A stretch of 64,000 nt of DNA, from the IMG/VR virus record IMGVR_UViG_3300031463_000001, positions 32,001-96,000 of that record; one strand, 5' to 3'. The first letter of the stretch is position 1; every line of letters starts with the position of its first letter. The notes under the pieces were generated by a model, which saw only the letters and a list, made by a program, of their open reading frames with translations, ran no database searches and had not been told where the DNA came from. The position numbers were made by a program, and so were the translations under genes. Shown one piece after another: positions 39,922 through 49,635 of the stretch. The stretch is from a virus.

Positions 39922-40169
39922 AATAAATATACTAAAAAAGATTATAATTTATATCCTATAAGTTTCCCTATTAAAAACTTTTTTTTGAAGGATTTCTTTA
40001 AACATTATTATATAAATATAATAATCTTTTGTTATTTTTTTGGTTTTTTCTTAGATTCCTCTATAATCAATATTTGTTCTTATATTAAATTTAAAATAAA
40101 ATATCTCTTTAAAAATTACCTTATTATTATATAATTACTTATTATAGATTAGTTTATAATAGATCTTAT

Positions 40170-40415
40170 TATAAGAAGTATTTTTAGATAAGAATAAACA
40201 TTAGGAAGTATTTTTAGAATTAGAGATAACTTAGTGAGAGGTGGGATTTTGATTTAGAAGTTTCTTAGTGGGAGGTGGGATTTTGATTTAGAGATAATTC
40301 TAGTAGGTTTTTAAAGTTTTGGCAGGTGGGAGTTTTAAAGTTTTGGTGGGAGTTTGGACCCGCCCAACCACTTCGATCCCACTTGGGTCTCATCCACTTA
40401 GTCCACCTAATTTAA
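40170..40415. repeat. Direct and inverted short-repeat cluster in a 760-bp noncoding region
   Basis: GAAGTATTTTTAGA x2, CTTAGTGRGAGGTGGGATTTTGATTTAGA x2, TTTTAAAGTTTTGG x2, GGTGGGA x4 followed by four CCAC(T/C) motifs. Confidence 0.75.
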
Positions 40416-40684
40416 GATCCAAAACCCAAAAAAAGAATAGGAACCACCAACAAAGTACAACAGATAAGGAAGAGGAATTAAAGGAATTAGATAATTCGTT
40501 CGAGCTATAATAGCAAAATCGGAAGAAGTTATTAAAAAATAAATAGAATTTGTTTTGGGAGAAGAAAAAGGAATTAGGAATCAAAAATAAAAAACTATTA
40601 AAAAACAAATAGAATTTGAAAATGGGATAAGATAGAATTTACCCTAGTGAAAACAAGGAAAGCACAAAAAAAATAGGATTTGGT

Positions 40685-41248
40685 TTAGGAAGGATTTTTT
40701 TCTAGTTCGAATTTTACCTCAGGCCAATTAGATATTGAAGTATTTAGAGTAGGATAATCTTTTAAGAAATCGTTTAATTTATTTATTTTTTTAAGGAATT
40801 TTATATATTGATTTAACCAATAACGATAATTGATTAGTTTAGGCTCCCACACAAGAAACCTATCTTGTAATATTTCCTCAGTATAGGCTAGTGCGAAATA
40901 GGGATCGTTTGAGATAGTTTCTTCTCCCATTTCCCATCTATGTTTAAGAACATATGCAGAATAAAAAAAAGCATCTTTTACTTGAGTGGCTATAATAGGT
41001 TCACCTTTAGGGAAAGGTTTATCTATATATCTAGCATAAAGATAGGAACTTTGGGAATCTCTAGCTACTATATCTTCCTCGTTATTGGTTAGAGATTGAT
41101 TTAAATCATGAGCAAATTTATATGTTAAATAAGGATCTTGAACTAGTGGGATTAAAGATTTGGCTAGCGAAATATCTTTATTACTGATAGTTTTAACGAG
41201 TAAAAGTCTTAGTGTTTCTTTATCTTTTAATAGATGGGACAGGTTCAT
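40685..41248 (-). CDS. Divergent 26-aa repeat family protein
   Basis: MNLSHLLKDK (ATG 41248), KPFPKGE, INKLNDFLKDYP. Confidence 0.85.
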   Translation of the reverse strand: MNLSHLLKDKETLRLLLVKTISNKDISLAKSLIPLVQDPYLTYKFAHDLNQSLTNNEEDIVARDSQSSYLYARYIDKPFPKGEPIIATQVKDAFFYSAYVLKHRWEMGEETISNDPYFALAYTEEILQDRFLVWEPKLINYRYWLNQYIKFLKKINKLNDFLKDYPTLNTSISNWPEVKFELEKNPS

Positions 41249-41256
41249 AAAATCCT

Positions 41257-41628
41257 CTACCAAAGAAAACGAACATTTTCCAAATCCGATAAATCCTTTT
41301 TTATATGAGGCTCAATTACGTATTCAAATATTCTATATTTATTAGCTAGGCCACTACCAAGTTTCGAGATTAGGAAAAGGTTTTGTGGATGTGATTTTAT
41401 ATAGTGTCTTAACTTAGAGATTTCATACTTATAAACAGCCGAATACTCATCAGGTTTAAAGAAAGCGTTATCTTCATTAGAAGGTTTCTTTTTTGTTATA
41501 AAACCATAGGTATTAGGTTCTTCTCTTAAACTAGCTCCTCCACCTAAACCTATTCTTAAATAATTATCTCCGTAGACAAAGATGAAGTTGGGATGGGTTC
41601 TTAGAAATTCTCTAGTTATTTTTTTCAT
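41257..41628 (-). CDS. Phage protein with macro-domain-like FVYGDN...GxGGGA motif
   Basis: FIFVYGDN..RIGLGGGA..R.EPN.YGFITKK and LGSGLA; start MKKITREF at 41628. Confidence 0.55.
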   Translation of the reverse strand: MKKITREFLRTHPNFIFVYGDNYLRIGLGGGASLREEPNTYGFITKKKPSNEDNAFFKPDEYSAVYKYEISKLRHYIKSHPQNLFLISKLGSGLANKYRIFEYVIEPHIKKDLSDLENVRFLW

Positions 41629-41818
41629 TCTTTTCTTCCTCTTCTTCAAAAAATATTTCACAATGTAATCTGTTGTGTTTATTGAGTTTAAGCCAATCAA
41701 GAATTTTTGAAATTGGATCGTTTATATCAAAAGTTTTTATTTGTGTCCAACTTTCCCAATCATTTTCGTTGATTTGGCTAGATGTTCTAAAGGAAGTTAT
41801 TGCTTTTAGTTTTTTCAT
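41612..41818 (-). CDS. Hypothetical protein
   Basis: Coupled small ORF with AAGGAG RBS (MKKLKAIT...). Confidence 0.5.
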   Translation of the reverse strand: MKKLKAITSFRTSSQINENDWESWTQIKTFDINDPISKILDWLKLNKHNRLHCEIFFEEEEEKNEKNN

Positions 41819-42009
41819 TTCTTTCTCCTTGCTACCCAAACACGTTCTTCAAGACCTTCTTCTTTATCGAGATCGTAACCCAACTTCTCAAGTTCATCTC
41901 CAGAGTATGTTTTACCTAATACCAATTTAGAGTGAGTTTGTTTTTGGGGAGATCCCTTTAAAACTTTATAATTATCGTTACCTATATCTAGAACAAGATA
42001 TGTTTTCAT
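41815..42009 (-). CDS. Hypothetical protein
   Basis: AGGAGG RBS. Confidence 0.55.
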   Translation of the reverse strand: MKTYLVLDIGNDNYKVLKGSPQKQTHSKLVLGKTYSGDELEKLGYDLDKEEGLEERVWVARRKK

Positions 42010-42022
42010 ACTTTTCCTCCTA

Positions 42023-42283
42023 TTATTTAACTAGTATTGTATCTTTTATTATCCAGTATTCTCCATTCTCTAATAGATAAATATGATATACTCCTTTAAA
42101 GAGATTAAGTTTAAAGGGAGGTTGTTCTAGTATATTAGTAGTACGAGTTAGCTTAATTTTATATTTGGTTTTTGTATTAGGTGGCAGGATCGGAAAACAT
42201 TTTTCGAATATAGTTACATTTCCTTCTATCTTTTTTCCTCCTATTTTTATTTTTGCATCCTTTAATCTTAATACCCACTCCAT
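42023..42283 (-). CDS. Hypothetical protein
   Basis: AGGAGGT RBS. Confidence 0.55.
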   Translation of the reverse strand: MEWVLRLKDAKIKIGGKKIEGNVTIFEKCFPILPPNTKTKYKIKLTRTTNILEQPPFKLNLFKGVYHIYLLENGEYWIIKDTILVK

Positions 42284-42291
42284 AACACCTC

Positions 42292-42528
42292 CTATTTACT
42301 TTTCTTAATTAAATACTTCCTTACGTCTTCGTCAGAGGCGAAAGGAAGGGGGGTACCACAACTAGCACATATGAATTCTCCAGCTTCATATCTGTGGATT
42401 TCTTTTTGAGTATATGATAACTTATTCTTTTTTAAACTTACTTTAAAGTATACAGAGCCATTTTCTACATACTCTATATCTTTGGCAGATCTTATTTCTG
42501 TTTCGCATTTAGGACATTTTATTTTCAT
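42292..42528 (-). CDS. Zinc-ribbon protein
   Basis: CPKC...CASCG; AGGAGG RBS. Confidence 0.65.
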   Translation of the reverse strand: MKIKCPKCETEIRSAKDIEYVENGSVYFKVSLKKNKLSYTQKEIHRYEAGEFICASCGTPLPFASDEDVRKYLIKKSK

Positions 42529-42554
42529 AACCTATCCTCCTATATTTATAATAC

Positions 42555-42956
42555 TTAATGCCACCATAATCTTATGATAGTTAGATCTCCAGTATCAGTA
42601 TCTCCCCATCGATTAAAGAGAGCCATCCTAGTTGATGGATCTGAGATACGAGATTCAGGTGGAGAAAGGGAAATAGTATTTATGTCAGAATACTCCCAAC
42701 CTTTGATTAACCTTTTAAATTTGTTTAGTTTTTTATTGGGTACGCTAACATACATCTCATCAGCATTATATACCCCTTGTGGGAGATCCCTAAGAATAAC
42801 TAAATCATGTAAACCAAACCTACCATATACTACCCCTTCCCAAAGATGGGAGTTATTGATTAAGTCTTTATATATTTTCTTTCCATCAAACCTATTAAAT
42901 GAGGTTTCTTTTATTAAGGTTAGGATAGCTTTTTGGATTTTATTTATTTCTTTCAT
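42555..42956 (-). CDS. Hypothetical protein
   Basis: AGGAGG RBS; SFNRFDG...RLWW. Confidence 0.65.
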   Translation of the reverse strand: MKEINKIQKAILTLIKETSFNRFDGKKIYKDLINNSHLWEGVVYGRFGLHDLVILRDLPQGVYNADEMYVSVPNKKLNKFKRLIKGWEYSDINTISLSPPESRISDPSTRMALFNRWGDTDTGDLTIIRLWWH

Positions 42957-42957
42957 T

Positions 42958-43683
42958 TCATCCTCCTATATTTAACTCGTTTTCTAAATTCTTTTTTATT
43001 TTTGGATACTCATTTAAGAACTCTTCTAATTTGTTTATCTTTCTCAAAAAACTTATGTAATTGTTTAAATATGTTTTATTTTTCATAATTGATTTTTCTC
43101 CCTCTTTAAATCTATCTTTTAATATCTTGGTTGCATAAATAAATGAGGTATCTGATCTAGTGGATATAGCTTGTTCACCTTTTTCAAATTTACTATGCAT
43201 AATAAGTTGGGCATACTTTAATGATGATATCGGATCTTTAGATATTGTTTCCTCACCTTTCTCAAATCTACCCCCTATTATTTCTGTAGCATATTTAAGG
43301 GAGTAGAAAGATGATTTCGAAATACGATCTTCAGCTTTTTCGAATCTACCATATAATATATTTGAGGCATATTTTAAAGCTATATCCAAATCTTTTATAA
43401 GAGTTTCCTCTGCTATAGGCCAACGATCCTTTATTACGTGTTCTATGTAATAGAAAGTTACCGTTGGACTTTTTAATATTTTCTTTTCTAATTCAATATC
43501 CAACTTTTCTTTTTTATATGAAAGATAAACATATATATCATTTTCATCACCTACACCTTTTAATAGCATTCTAACTAGTTCTAAATCTTCTTTGTTTGGG
43601 ATACCCCATTTATATAGTTTACTCTTTAATAAATCCTTTGCTTTGTCGGGATCTTTTATTAAATCCGTCATATTCATTTTCAT
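42958..43683 (-). CDS. Divergent 26-aa repeat family protein
   Basis: MNMTDLIKDP, repeated YA..I..GRFEKGEE.IS, INKLEEFLNEYP. Confidence 0.85.
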   Translation of the reverse strand: MKMNMTDLIKDPDKAKDLLKSKLYKWGIPNKEDLELVRMLLKGVGDENDIYVYLSYKKEKLDIELEKKILKSPTVTFYYIEHVIKDRWPIAEETLIKDLDIALKYASNILYGRFEKAEDRISKSSFYSLKYATEIIGGRFEKGEETISKDPISSLKYAQLIMHSKFEKGEQAISTRSDTSFIYATKILKDRFKEGEKSIMKNKTYLNNYISFLRKINKLEEFLNEYPKIKKNLENELNIGG

Positions 43684-43749
43684 CTCCTTATTATATATAC
43701 CTATTTCTTATTTTAAATTTTTAAAAGGAGGAGATCTTTTTCTTTCCAA

Positions 43750-44355
43750 TTATATTTCTTCTACTTTCTTTTCAATCAATTCCAATTTTTTATTTAATAT
43801 ATCTGTTCCAAACTCTTTAACAAACTCTTCCAATTTCTCTATCCTTTTTAAATATTTAAGATAAGGATATAAGAAACTTCCATCCTTTATTAACAACTTT
43901 TCATCCTCCTTATTCATCCTTTCTTTTTTATCATCATCCATATAATAAGTAACTATTTCAAAGAACTTATTTTCATCGAATACCCTATTTCTTTTCCCTT
44001 CGACTATTTCTTTTATAGTGAGGTACATATTGGAGATTGGATTCAAAGTATATTCGTTACAATTCTCAAAGTTGAATCCTTCTGGATCCGCCCAATAATC
44101 AACCTCTCTTATATATTCTCCTTTCAATATCTCTACCACTTTTTCTTTCTTTAATCCTTTCATTAATTTCTCCGTTGGTACATCACTACATATAAACATA
44201 GCCACTATTAATTTAACCTCATCTCCATCTTCCCCCTCATAGTCATTTATTAACGTCTTTAACTCTTTTTTTACTTCCAAGGCCTCCTTATCATATAAGA
44301 CAAAGTCTCCTAAGGGGCCACTATTCATTACTTTTATTTTTTCTTCTATATTCAT
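43750..44355 (-). CDS. Hypothetical protein ending in a family-like C-cap
   Basis: C-terminal YLKYLKRIEKLEEFVKEF; strong RBS. Confidence 0.65.
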   Translation of the reverse strand: MNIEEKIKVMNSGPLGDFVLYDKEALEVKKELKTLINDYEGEDGDEVKLIVAMFICSDVPTEKLMKGLKKEKVVEILKGEYIREVDYWADPEGFNFENCNEYTLNPISNMYLTIKEIVEGKRNRVFDENKFFEIVTYYMDDDKKERMNKEDEKLLIKDGSFLYPYLKYLKRIEKLEEFVKEFGTDILNKKLELIEKKVEEI

Positions 44356-44410
44356 ACTTCCTCCTTTTTTTATTATATATAATATTACTAATTATTATTT
44401 TAAATTTTGT

Positions 44411-44514
44411 AGGATGGGAGAGCAGAAGAGAGAGAACAACTCTCCCATCCAATGGAGGACTTTTTGGGAGATGGGAAAGTAATAATAGGAGGACCGAGGT
44501 TACTTTCCCATCTA
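44411..44514. ncRNA. Twin-hairpin structured element, candidate regulatory RNA
   Basis: Stems GGATGGGAGAG/CTCTCCCATCC and AGATGGGAAAGTAA/TTACTTTCCCATCT; loops and linker match initiation regions of the AAA/VWA genes. Confidence 0.5.
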
Positions 44515-44520
44515 AATTTT

Positions 44521-45135
44521 TTAGAGATCCTCACAATTATATTCCTTTTCTAATTTGTTTACTAATTTTTTCATAGATTTAGGAAAGAAATTTTTTTCAT
44601 AGAAACATCTTATTACTGGATAGATGGATGGATATTCTTTTACAAATCTATCTAATTCGTTTTTCTTTTTTAATAATTTAAAATAATATTCAGCATAACT
44701 ATATCTTATATGAAGTACATCACTATCTTCTGTCACCTCAAAATCATCTAAATTATCTACTAGATAATCTACTATCATTTTTTCTACGTTCTTATCTTTT
44801 ATATCTACTTCAAAATTACTTATATAATATAATGCTGTCTCAGGATCTTTCAATACTAAATCTTTTCCGATCCAATGTTCTGGATCTGGCTCAAGGTCAA
44901 AATTATACATATAAGCCCATGCGAGGTCTGGATCAGATAACATTTGTTTCATTTTATTTTCAGGGAATTCAATATCTATATTGTAATATATTTTATAGAG
45001 TAAGTTAGGATCATTTATGTGAGGTAACAAAGCTTTAATCATATCCTCTTTTTCTTTTTCTTCGTCATTGCTAAATATCTCCCAAACTACATCTTCTATT
45101 TTTTTGGAGTCTCTTAATAACTCTTCTGTATTCAT
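44521..45135 (-). CDS. Highly divergent repeat-family-like protein
   Basis: MNTEELLRDS, LLPHINDPNLLY, YFKLLKKKNELDRFVKEYP. Confidence 0.7.
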   Translation of the reverse strand: MNTEELLRDSKKIEDVVWEIFSNDEEKEKEDMIKALLPHINDPNLLYKIYYNIDIEFPENKMKQMLSDPDLAWAYMYNFDLEPDPEHWIGKDLVLKDPETALYYISNFEVDIKDKNVEKMIVDYLVDNLDDFEVTEDSDVLHIRYSYAEYYFKLLKKKNELDRFVKEYPSIYPVIRCFYEKNFFPKSMKKLVNKLEKEYNCEDL

Positions 45136-45327
45136 AACGTCCTCCTTTTTTATTTTTATTTTATAATTATAATACTAAATTAAACAAAATTTTTTATTTT
45201 TTTGTGAACCTGGGGATATGAAAAAATTAATTTAAAAACCCAAACTGAGGGTCTGGTTTTAAGGAATTAAGTTCGAAACTGATTTAAGAGAAGCTTTTTA
45301 GACCCACAGGACTGTTTAATTTTAGTT

Positions 45328-46635
45328 TCACTTCTCATCGAAGACTATCACTCGATGGTCACTCCTTTTCATTCCTTCTAATACCTTTTTCTCCTCCTCA
45401 TTTTCGCACAGCCATACAATTTTGGGTTTGGGCCATTTTGTAACTCTCTGACTCCAATATCCATCTGTGACTCCAATTATGAGGTCAATCTCTTTTTCAT
45501 TCTCTTTCAACCAAGTAATGGCTGGCACAATATCAGTTCCACCTCCTCCAGCAAGTTCGACTTTATGTTTGACCTCCCAATCTTTGATCACCCTGAAGTT
45601 AACGTCAAACTCTATGAAGTATTTAACTTCTATTAATTCTTGAGAGATCATCTCTTTAATCCCTCTGATGACTCTCCCATAGAATTTATCACTCTCGAAT
45701 AGAGAGCCAGAAGTATCAAACAAGATCGCAACCCCTATCTTGCTCTCTTTCTTTTTCTTTCCTGGAATGACGATCTCATCATCATCATTCCTTCTATTAA
45801 CTCTTGCGTAGCTGTTATCTGCGGTAGAAGGAAGAGTCCCAATTACATTCTTTAACACTTCCTTCCATTTCGCAGGTAACTTTTCTAGGAGGTCAAGAAT
45901 CCTAGATAACTCTCCAGGAAGTTTCCCAGCCAACTTATTCATCTCACTCTTGATTCCCTTCTTTACGTCTTCCTTTATTCTTTCTTTTTCTAAGGGACTG
46001 TTTTTAAATTCGTCCCTCAGTTTCTCGTGATCGTCAACCGTTTGACGATCTCCTTTTTCTTCGCCCTCACCTCCTTCACCTCCTTCACCTTCTTCACCTC
46101 CTTCACTTCCTTCCTTCCCTTTACCTGCTCCGCTATTTTTCCCATTACATTTACCTCCCTGTGAAGGACAATCTTCATTAATTTTTATATTTTTCTGAAG
46201 TTTCATGAATATCTCTTCTGCGGAATCTTCCTCTTGGACTTCCTTATTGAATTGCCTCAGCCAATCGTGAGTCACAAAAGGCTTTCTACATAATAAGGGA
46301 AGATTCTGATTTATCGTAGCATCCTCAGCCCAGTTGGCCATCATATTCGAAGGTAATCTTTCAAAGTGTCCCATTGCCACATGGAGACACTCGTGCATTA
46401 CAATCTGGGCCAATAATTCTTCTCCATTAACATTTAGTTTGTGGGCCAATTCCTTCAATTTCTTTACATTGACCCACATTTTTTCTTTCCCAACACCCGC
46501 TGGGAAAGGGAGAGTGTCATCTCTAACAATCTCCCTCTTGGTCAGCACATAAACCAACGTGCGACCGTAGGTGGACCTAATTACTACGTTAGTAATTAGG
46601 TCCCTCAACTCTGAGTCTCGAATTTCCAGATTCAT
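45328..46635 (-). CDS. Metallopeptidase-like + VWA domain protein (DUF2201-type)
   Basis: HECLH (HExxH), D..IN, Gly/Glu linker, DDH, FDTSGS (MIDAS), GGGGTD, TDGY. Confidence 0.85.
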   Translation of the reverse strand: MNLEIRDSELRDLITNVVIRSTYGRTLVYVLTKREIVRDDTLPFPAGVGKEKMWVNVKKLKELAHKLNVNGEELLAQIVMHECLHVAMGHFERLPSNMMANWAEDATINQNLPLLCRKPFVTHDWLRQFNKEVQEEDSAEEIFMKLQKNIKINEDCPSQGGKCNGKNSGAGKGKEGSEGGEEGEGGEGGEGEEKGDRQTVDDHEKLRDEFKNSPLEKERIKEDVKKGIKSEMNKLAGKLPGELSRILDLLEKLPAKWKEVLKNVIGTLPSTADNSYARVNRRNDDDEIVIPGKKKKESKIGVAILFDTSGSLFESDKFYGRVIRGIKEMISQELIEVKYFIEFDVNFRVIKDWEVKHKVELAGGGGTDIVPAITWLKENEKEIDLIIGVTDGYWSQRVTKWPKPKIVWLCENEEEKKVLEGMKRSDHRVIVFDEK

Positions 46636-47717
46636 TTGTCCTCCATTTTATCAAGTATTTCTTTAAGTTTAGGAATATCTTTTTCGTCTATTCCTAAACG
46701 TGCTGCAACCCACGTATCAAACTCTTTATCACTGACTTTCCATTTTGGAGCCTCTCGCCATATAGACGAAAGCCAAGCAAGTATCAATTCTCTGTCTTTG
46801 TCTTTCAAGTAGTTAAACACTTTGAGGAAGTCTTCCTTCTTTACTCCCACATTCTTCTTGATGCCTGACTCTAATAAGGTAATCCTATCCCCTTTGTCTA
46901 TCTGGTCTAGTAACTCTGGATTTTTGATTACCTCTTCATAGGAAGGCAATTTAGGTTTAAAGTTTACCAACGCCAAAGCAGCTGTCCTTCCTATAAGACC
47001 TATCAACATTGGAAGACTTATTCCATTTCTTTCTTGCTCGGCTATCAAAGCTCTCTCCCAAGTCCTTGGACAAGCAAAGCCCTGATAGACATCTTCGTCG
47101 AACTCTTCATTAGGAGCAATCAATTTTTCATTTTCGGCGAAGAATCTCTTTAAGAAAGAGCTCATTAAGCCTCTCTTTTCCATGTAGCTTATCCAGCCTG
47201 ACTTGTCTCCCTTGACGACGTAGTAACACACTCTGGCTTTCCAAGCCACGTCGTCTTCCCTTACATTGTACTCGCCTGATGGATTGATCGCCCCAAGAAT
47301 TCTCACACTTGAGGGATCAAACTTTAACTCCTTGACCTTCCATTCGGCTAACAATTGAAAGACAGAGTGAGCCAAAGCAGGTTTCGCTCTATTATATTCG
47401 TCTAGGAATATTACGCTTTTCTCTCCCCTGCTCTGTCTCTCAAGTATTTCTCGCCACATAGGCAGAGCTCTCCATTCTACCTCATCTTTCACTTTAATAG
47501 CAAAGCCAAGGACGTCTCCTACATCCTCAGCCTGGGCTAAGTGAATCACAAATGCTTTCGCACCTGTTGATTCACACGCTTGTAACACTCTGGCTGTTTT
47601 CCCTAAGCCAGTGTTACCCACTAATACCAGTGGCAACATATCTTTCGCCCTTATATGTGCCACTAACTCACTGTCGAGATTTCTCTCGACTATCTTTATC
47701 TCTTCTCTCTCTTTCAT
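46632..47717 (-). CDS. MoxR-like AAA+ ATPase
   Basis: GNTGLGKT, FLDEYNRA, AINP, CPRTWE; typical partner of DUF2201/VWA proteins. Confidence 0.85.
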   Translation of the reverse strand: MKEREEIKIVERNLDSELVAHIRAKDMLPLVLVGNTGLGKTARVLQACESTGAKAFVIHLAQAEDVGDVLGFAIKVKDEVEWRALPMWREILERQSRGEKSVIFLDEYNRAKPALAHSVFQLLAEWKVKELKFDPSSVRILGAINPSGEYNVREDDVAWKARVCYYVVKGDKSGWISYMEKRGLMSSFLKRFFAENEKLIAPNEEFDEDVYQGFACPRTWERALIAEQERNGISLPMLIGLIGRTAALALVNFKPKLPSYEEVIKNPELLDQIDKGDRITLLESGIKKNVGVKKEDFLKVFNYLKDKDRELILAWLSSIWREAPKWKVSDKEFDTWVAARLGIDEKDIPKLKEILDKMEDK

Positions 47718-48227
47718 TCGGTCCTCCTTTTTTTAATTTTCCCTTTAACGACAACATGAGGGAAAATTATTTATTTTATAATATATATACAACTAGGCCT
47801 TTAATTTTTTTATTTTTTGAAAGTCTAATTTTAATCCCTCTTAATATCGACGAACGTAGATTTAAACCCGCTGGATTTTTAAATCCTTAAGGAAGAGTCC
47901 CCGCTTTATGCGGGGAGAGAATTCTAGACTCTGAGGCCCCACCTCGATAACATTATTTTATGTTATAATGCTTCATTTCGATAACATTATCTTAGAGTAT
48001 AACCTTGATGATACAAAAGTTTATGCTACTCCCCAAAAACACCCATCAAGGAACACGCTCCACACAAAAACTCAAAAGGGACTCAACACAAAAGGAACCT
48101 GGTTAATGGTTATGACCCCACGTGAATTTTTTTGCTAAAAAAATCCACTAAAGGGGGAAAATACATCAAAAAAAAGAAGGTAATGATTTTCTTTTTATCG
48201 TTAAGGATTTATATATTGGAGGTAGTT

Positions 48228-49094
48228 ATGGAAATAGAAAGAATACTAAGAGACCCCACAATATTAGAGAAAGGTTATACAGTGAAGGATGCAAGATTGA
48301 GGAAACTGATAAAACAGGCAACCGAAAAATATTATATGAATTATGGAAATTACAGTGGTGAGGAGTACGTGGAAGCATTTTCAGCTCACCTAGAAGCCGA
48401 AAAAGCATTTAAAAAAGCAGAAGATTTACTATTAGAGGATAAAGAGCTACCTCCAGAGATAATAGATGCAATAGCAAAAGTGCCTCGCTATGCAGAACAA
48501 TTAGGAGAACTTTTGATAGATTTTAATAAAGACGTACCCACTAAGATAAAGGATAGTATTAAATGGCATAGTGACTATTCTAATAATTTTATAGCACATT
48601 TAATAGAAAAAGATAAAGACGTACCCCAAGAATTTATTGAAAAAATAAATGGGGGTAATTTATCCCGTTTATTTTTTAAATATTTAGAAAGAGGTAAAAC
48701 GATACCTCCCGAAGTTTTGGATAATTTTAGGCATGCCCCAACAACTTCACTAAAGGTAGCTTTAAAGCTTATAGACATGGGTAAAGAGATTCCTCTTCCC
48801 ATATTAGAAGGAATAGGACAAGATCATTATGATGCTACAGAATTTGCAGATTATTTATTAGAAAAGAAAGGTGAAGTTGCTCCAGAACCAATTATAAGAG
48901 GATTATTGAAAGACTCTTTTGCAGCAGGTAATTATGCAGTAGATTTAGCAGAATTGGATATTCCTGTTCCTCAACTTTTGATTGATGGATTAGACCCTTT
49001 CCAATTAGGAAGATACAAAGAAGTATTAAGAATGAAGTTTAGTCAACAACATCCGGGTGAAGACCTTCCAGATTATTTGGATTATGGAAGTTAA
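48228..49094 (+). CDS. Helical repeat protein with MEIERILRDP tag
   Basis: GGAGGT RBS before ATG 48228; ~25-26 aa periodic K.(V/I)P..(I/V)...I repeats. Confidence 0.75.
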   Translation: MEIERILRDPTILEKGYTVKDARLRKLIKQATEKYYMNYGNYSGEEYVEAFSAHLEAEKAFKKAEDLLLEDKELPPEIIDAIAKVPRYAEQLGELLIDFNKDVPTKIKDSIKWHSDYSNNFIAHLIEKDKDVPQEFIEKINGGNLSRLFFKYLERGKTIPPEVLDNFRHAPTTSLKVALKLIDMGKEIPLPILEGIGQDHYDATEFADYLLEKKGEVAPEPIIRGLLKDSFAAGNYAVDLAELDIPVPQLLIDGLDPFQLGRYKEVLRMKFSQQHPGEDLPDYLDYGS

Positions 49095-49097
49095 CTC

Positions 49098-49292
49098 CTA
49101 GCTAATGTACACTCTTTTGAGATTTCTTTTCCGAGATATTATATTTTTAAAAAAATCCTTAATCTCATCCAAAGTACCAACACATCGAACTATTCGATCT
49201 TCGTCGGATACGACATATTTATACCAAGTACCTTCATTTTTTCGACTAATTCTATAAAACACATCTTTTTTGCAACTCATTCTAACCCCCAT
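49098..49292 (-). CDS. Hypothetical protein
   Basis: Small ORF in minus-strand run. Confidence 0.4.
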   Translation of the reverse strand: MGVRMSCKKDVFYRISRKNEGTWYKYVVSDEDRIVRCVGTLDEIKDFFKNIISRKRNLKRVYIS

Positions 49293-49305
49293 TCACAACA
49301 TTCCT

Positions 49306-49635
49306 TTATCGAGATTTAATAGTAAAGATTGCAGGATTTATTACACCTTTTTCGTCACCCTTACCAAATTGTTTATTCCAATATAATTTAAACTCTTCTC
49401 CTCGAGGATGAAAGTGAGCTATAGCTGCAGCCATACAACCAGCTTGGAATCCTGTAATATCGCTATCTTTAATTCCTAATCTTTCAGCCTCTTCACACGA
49501 CATTCCTTTATCGAGATTTTCGCACACCTTAACAACAACATCAACGACAGCACTCCCATAAGGATCGTCGTTCTTTTGAACGTAATTTTCCCATTCATGT
49601 TTTAACTCTTCAGTTTTTGTTGTTATCATTTTCAT
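49306..49635 (-). CDS. Hypothetical protein
   Basis: GGAGGAG RBS; N.DPYG...GFQA...HPRGEEF..YWN. Confidence 0.65.
   Translation of the reverse strand: MKMITTKTEELKHEWENYVQKNDDPYGSAVVDVVVKVCENLDKGMSCEEAERLGIKDSDITGFQAGCMAAAIAHFHPRGEEFKLYWNKQFGKGDEKGVINPAIFTIKSR

Noticed and set aside
40228-40295. Two 29-bp direct repeats as a mini-CRISPR
   Set aside because: Separated by only about 5 bp, so there is no spacer-sized unique sequence
40319-40608. ORFs 40319-40510 and 40390-40608 in the repeat region
   Set aside because: No RBS, composition dictated by the repeats and A-tracts; treated as noncoding
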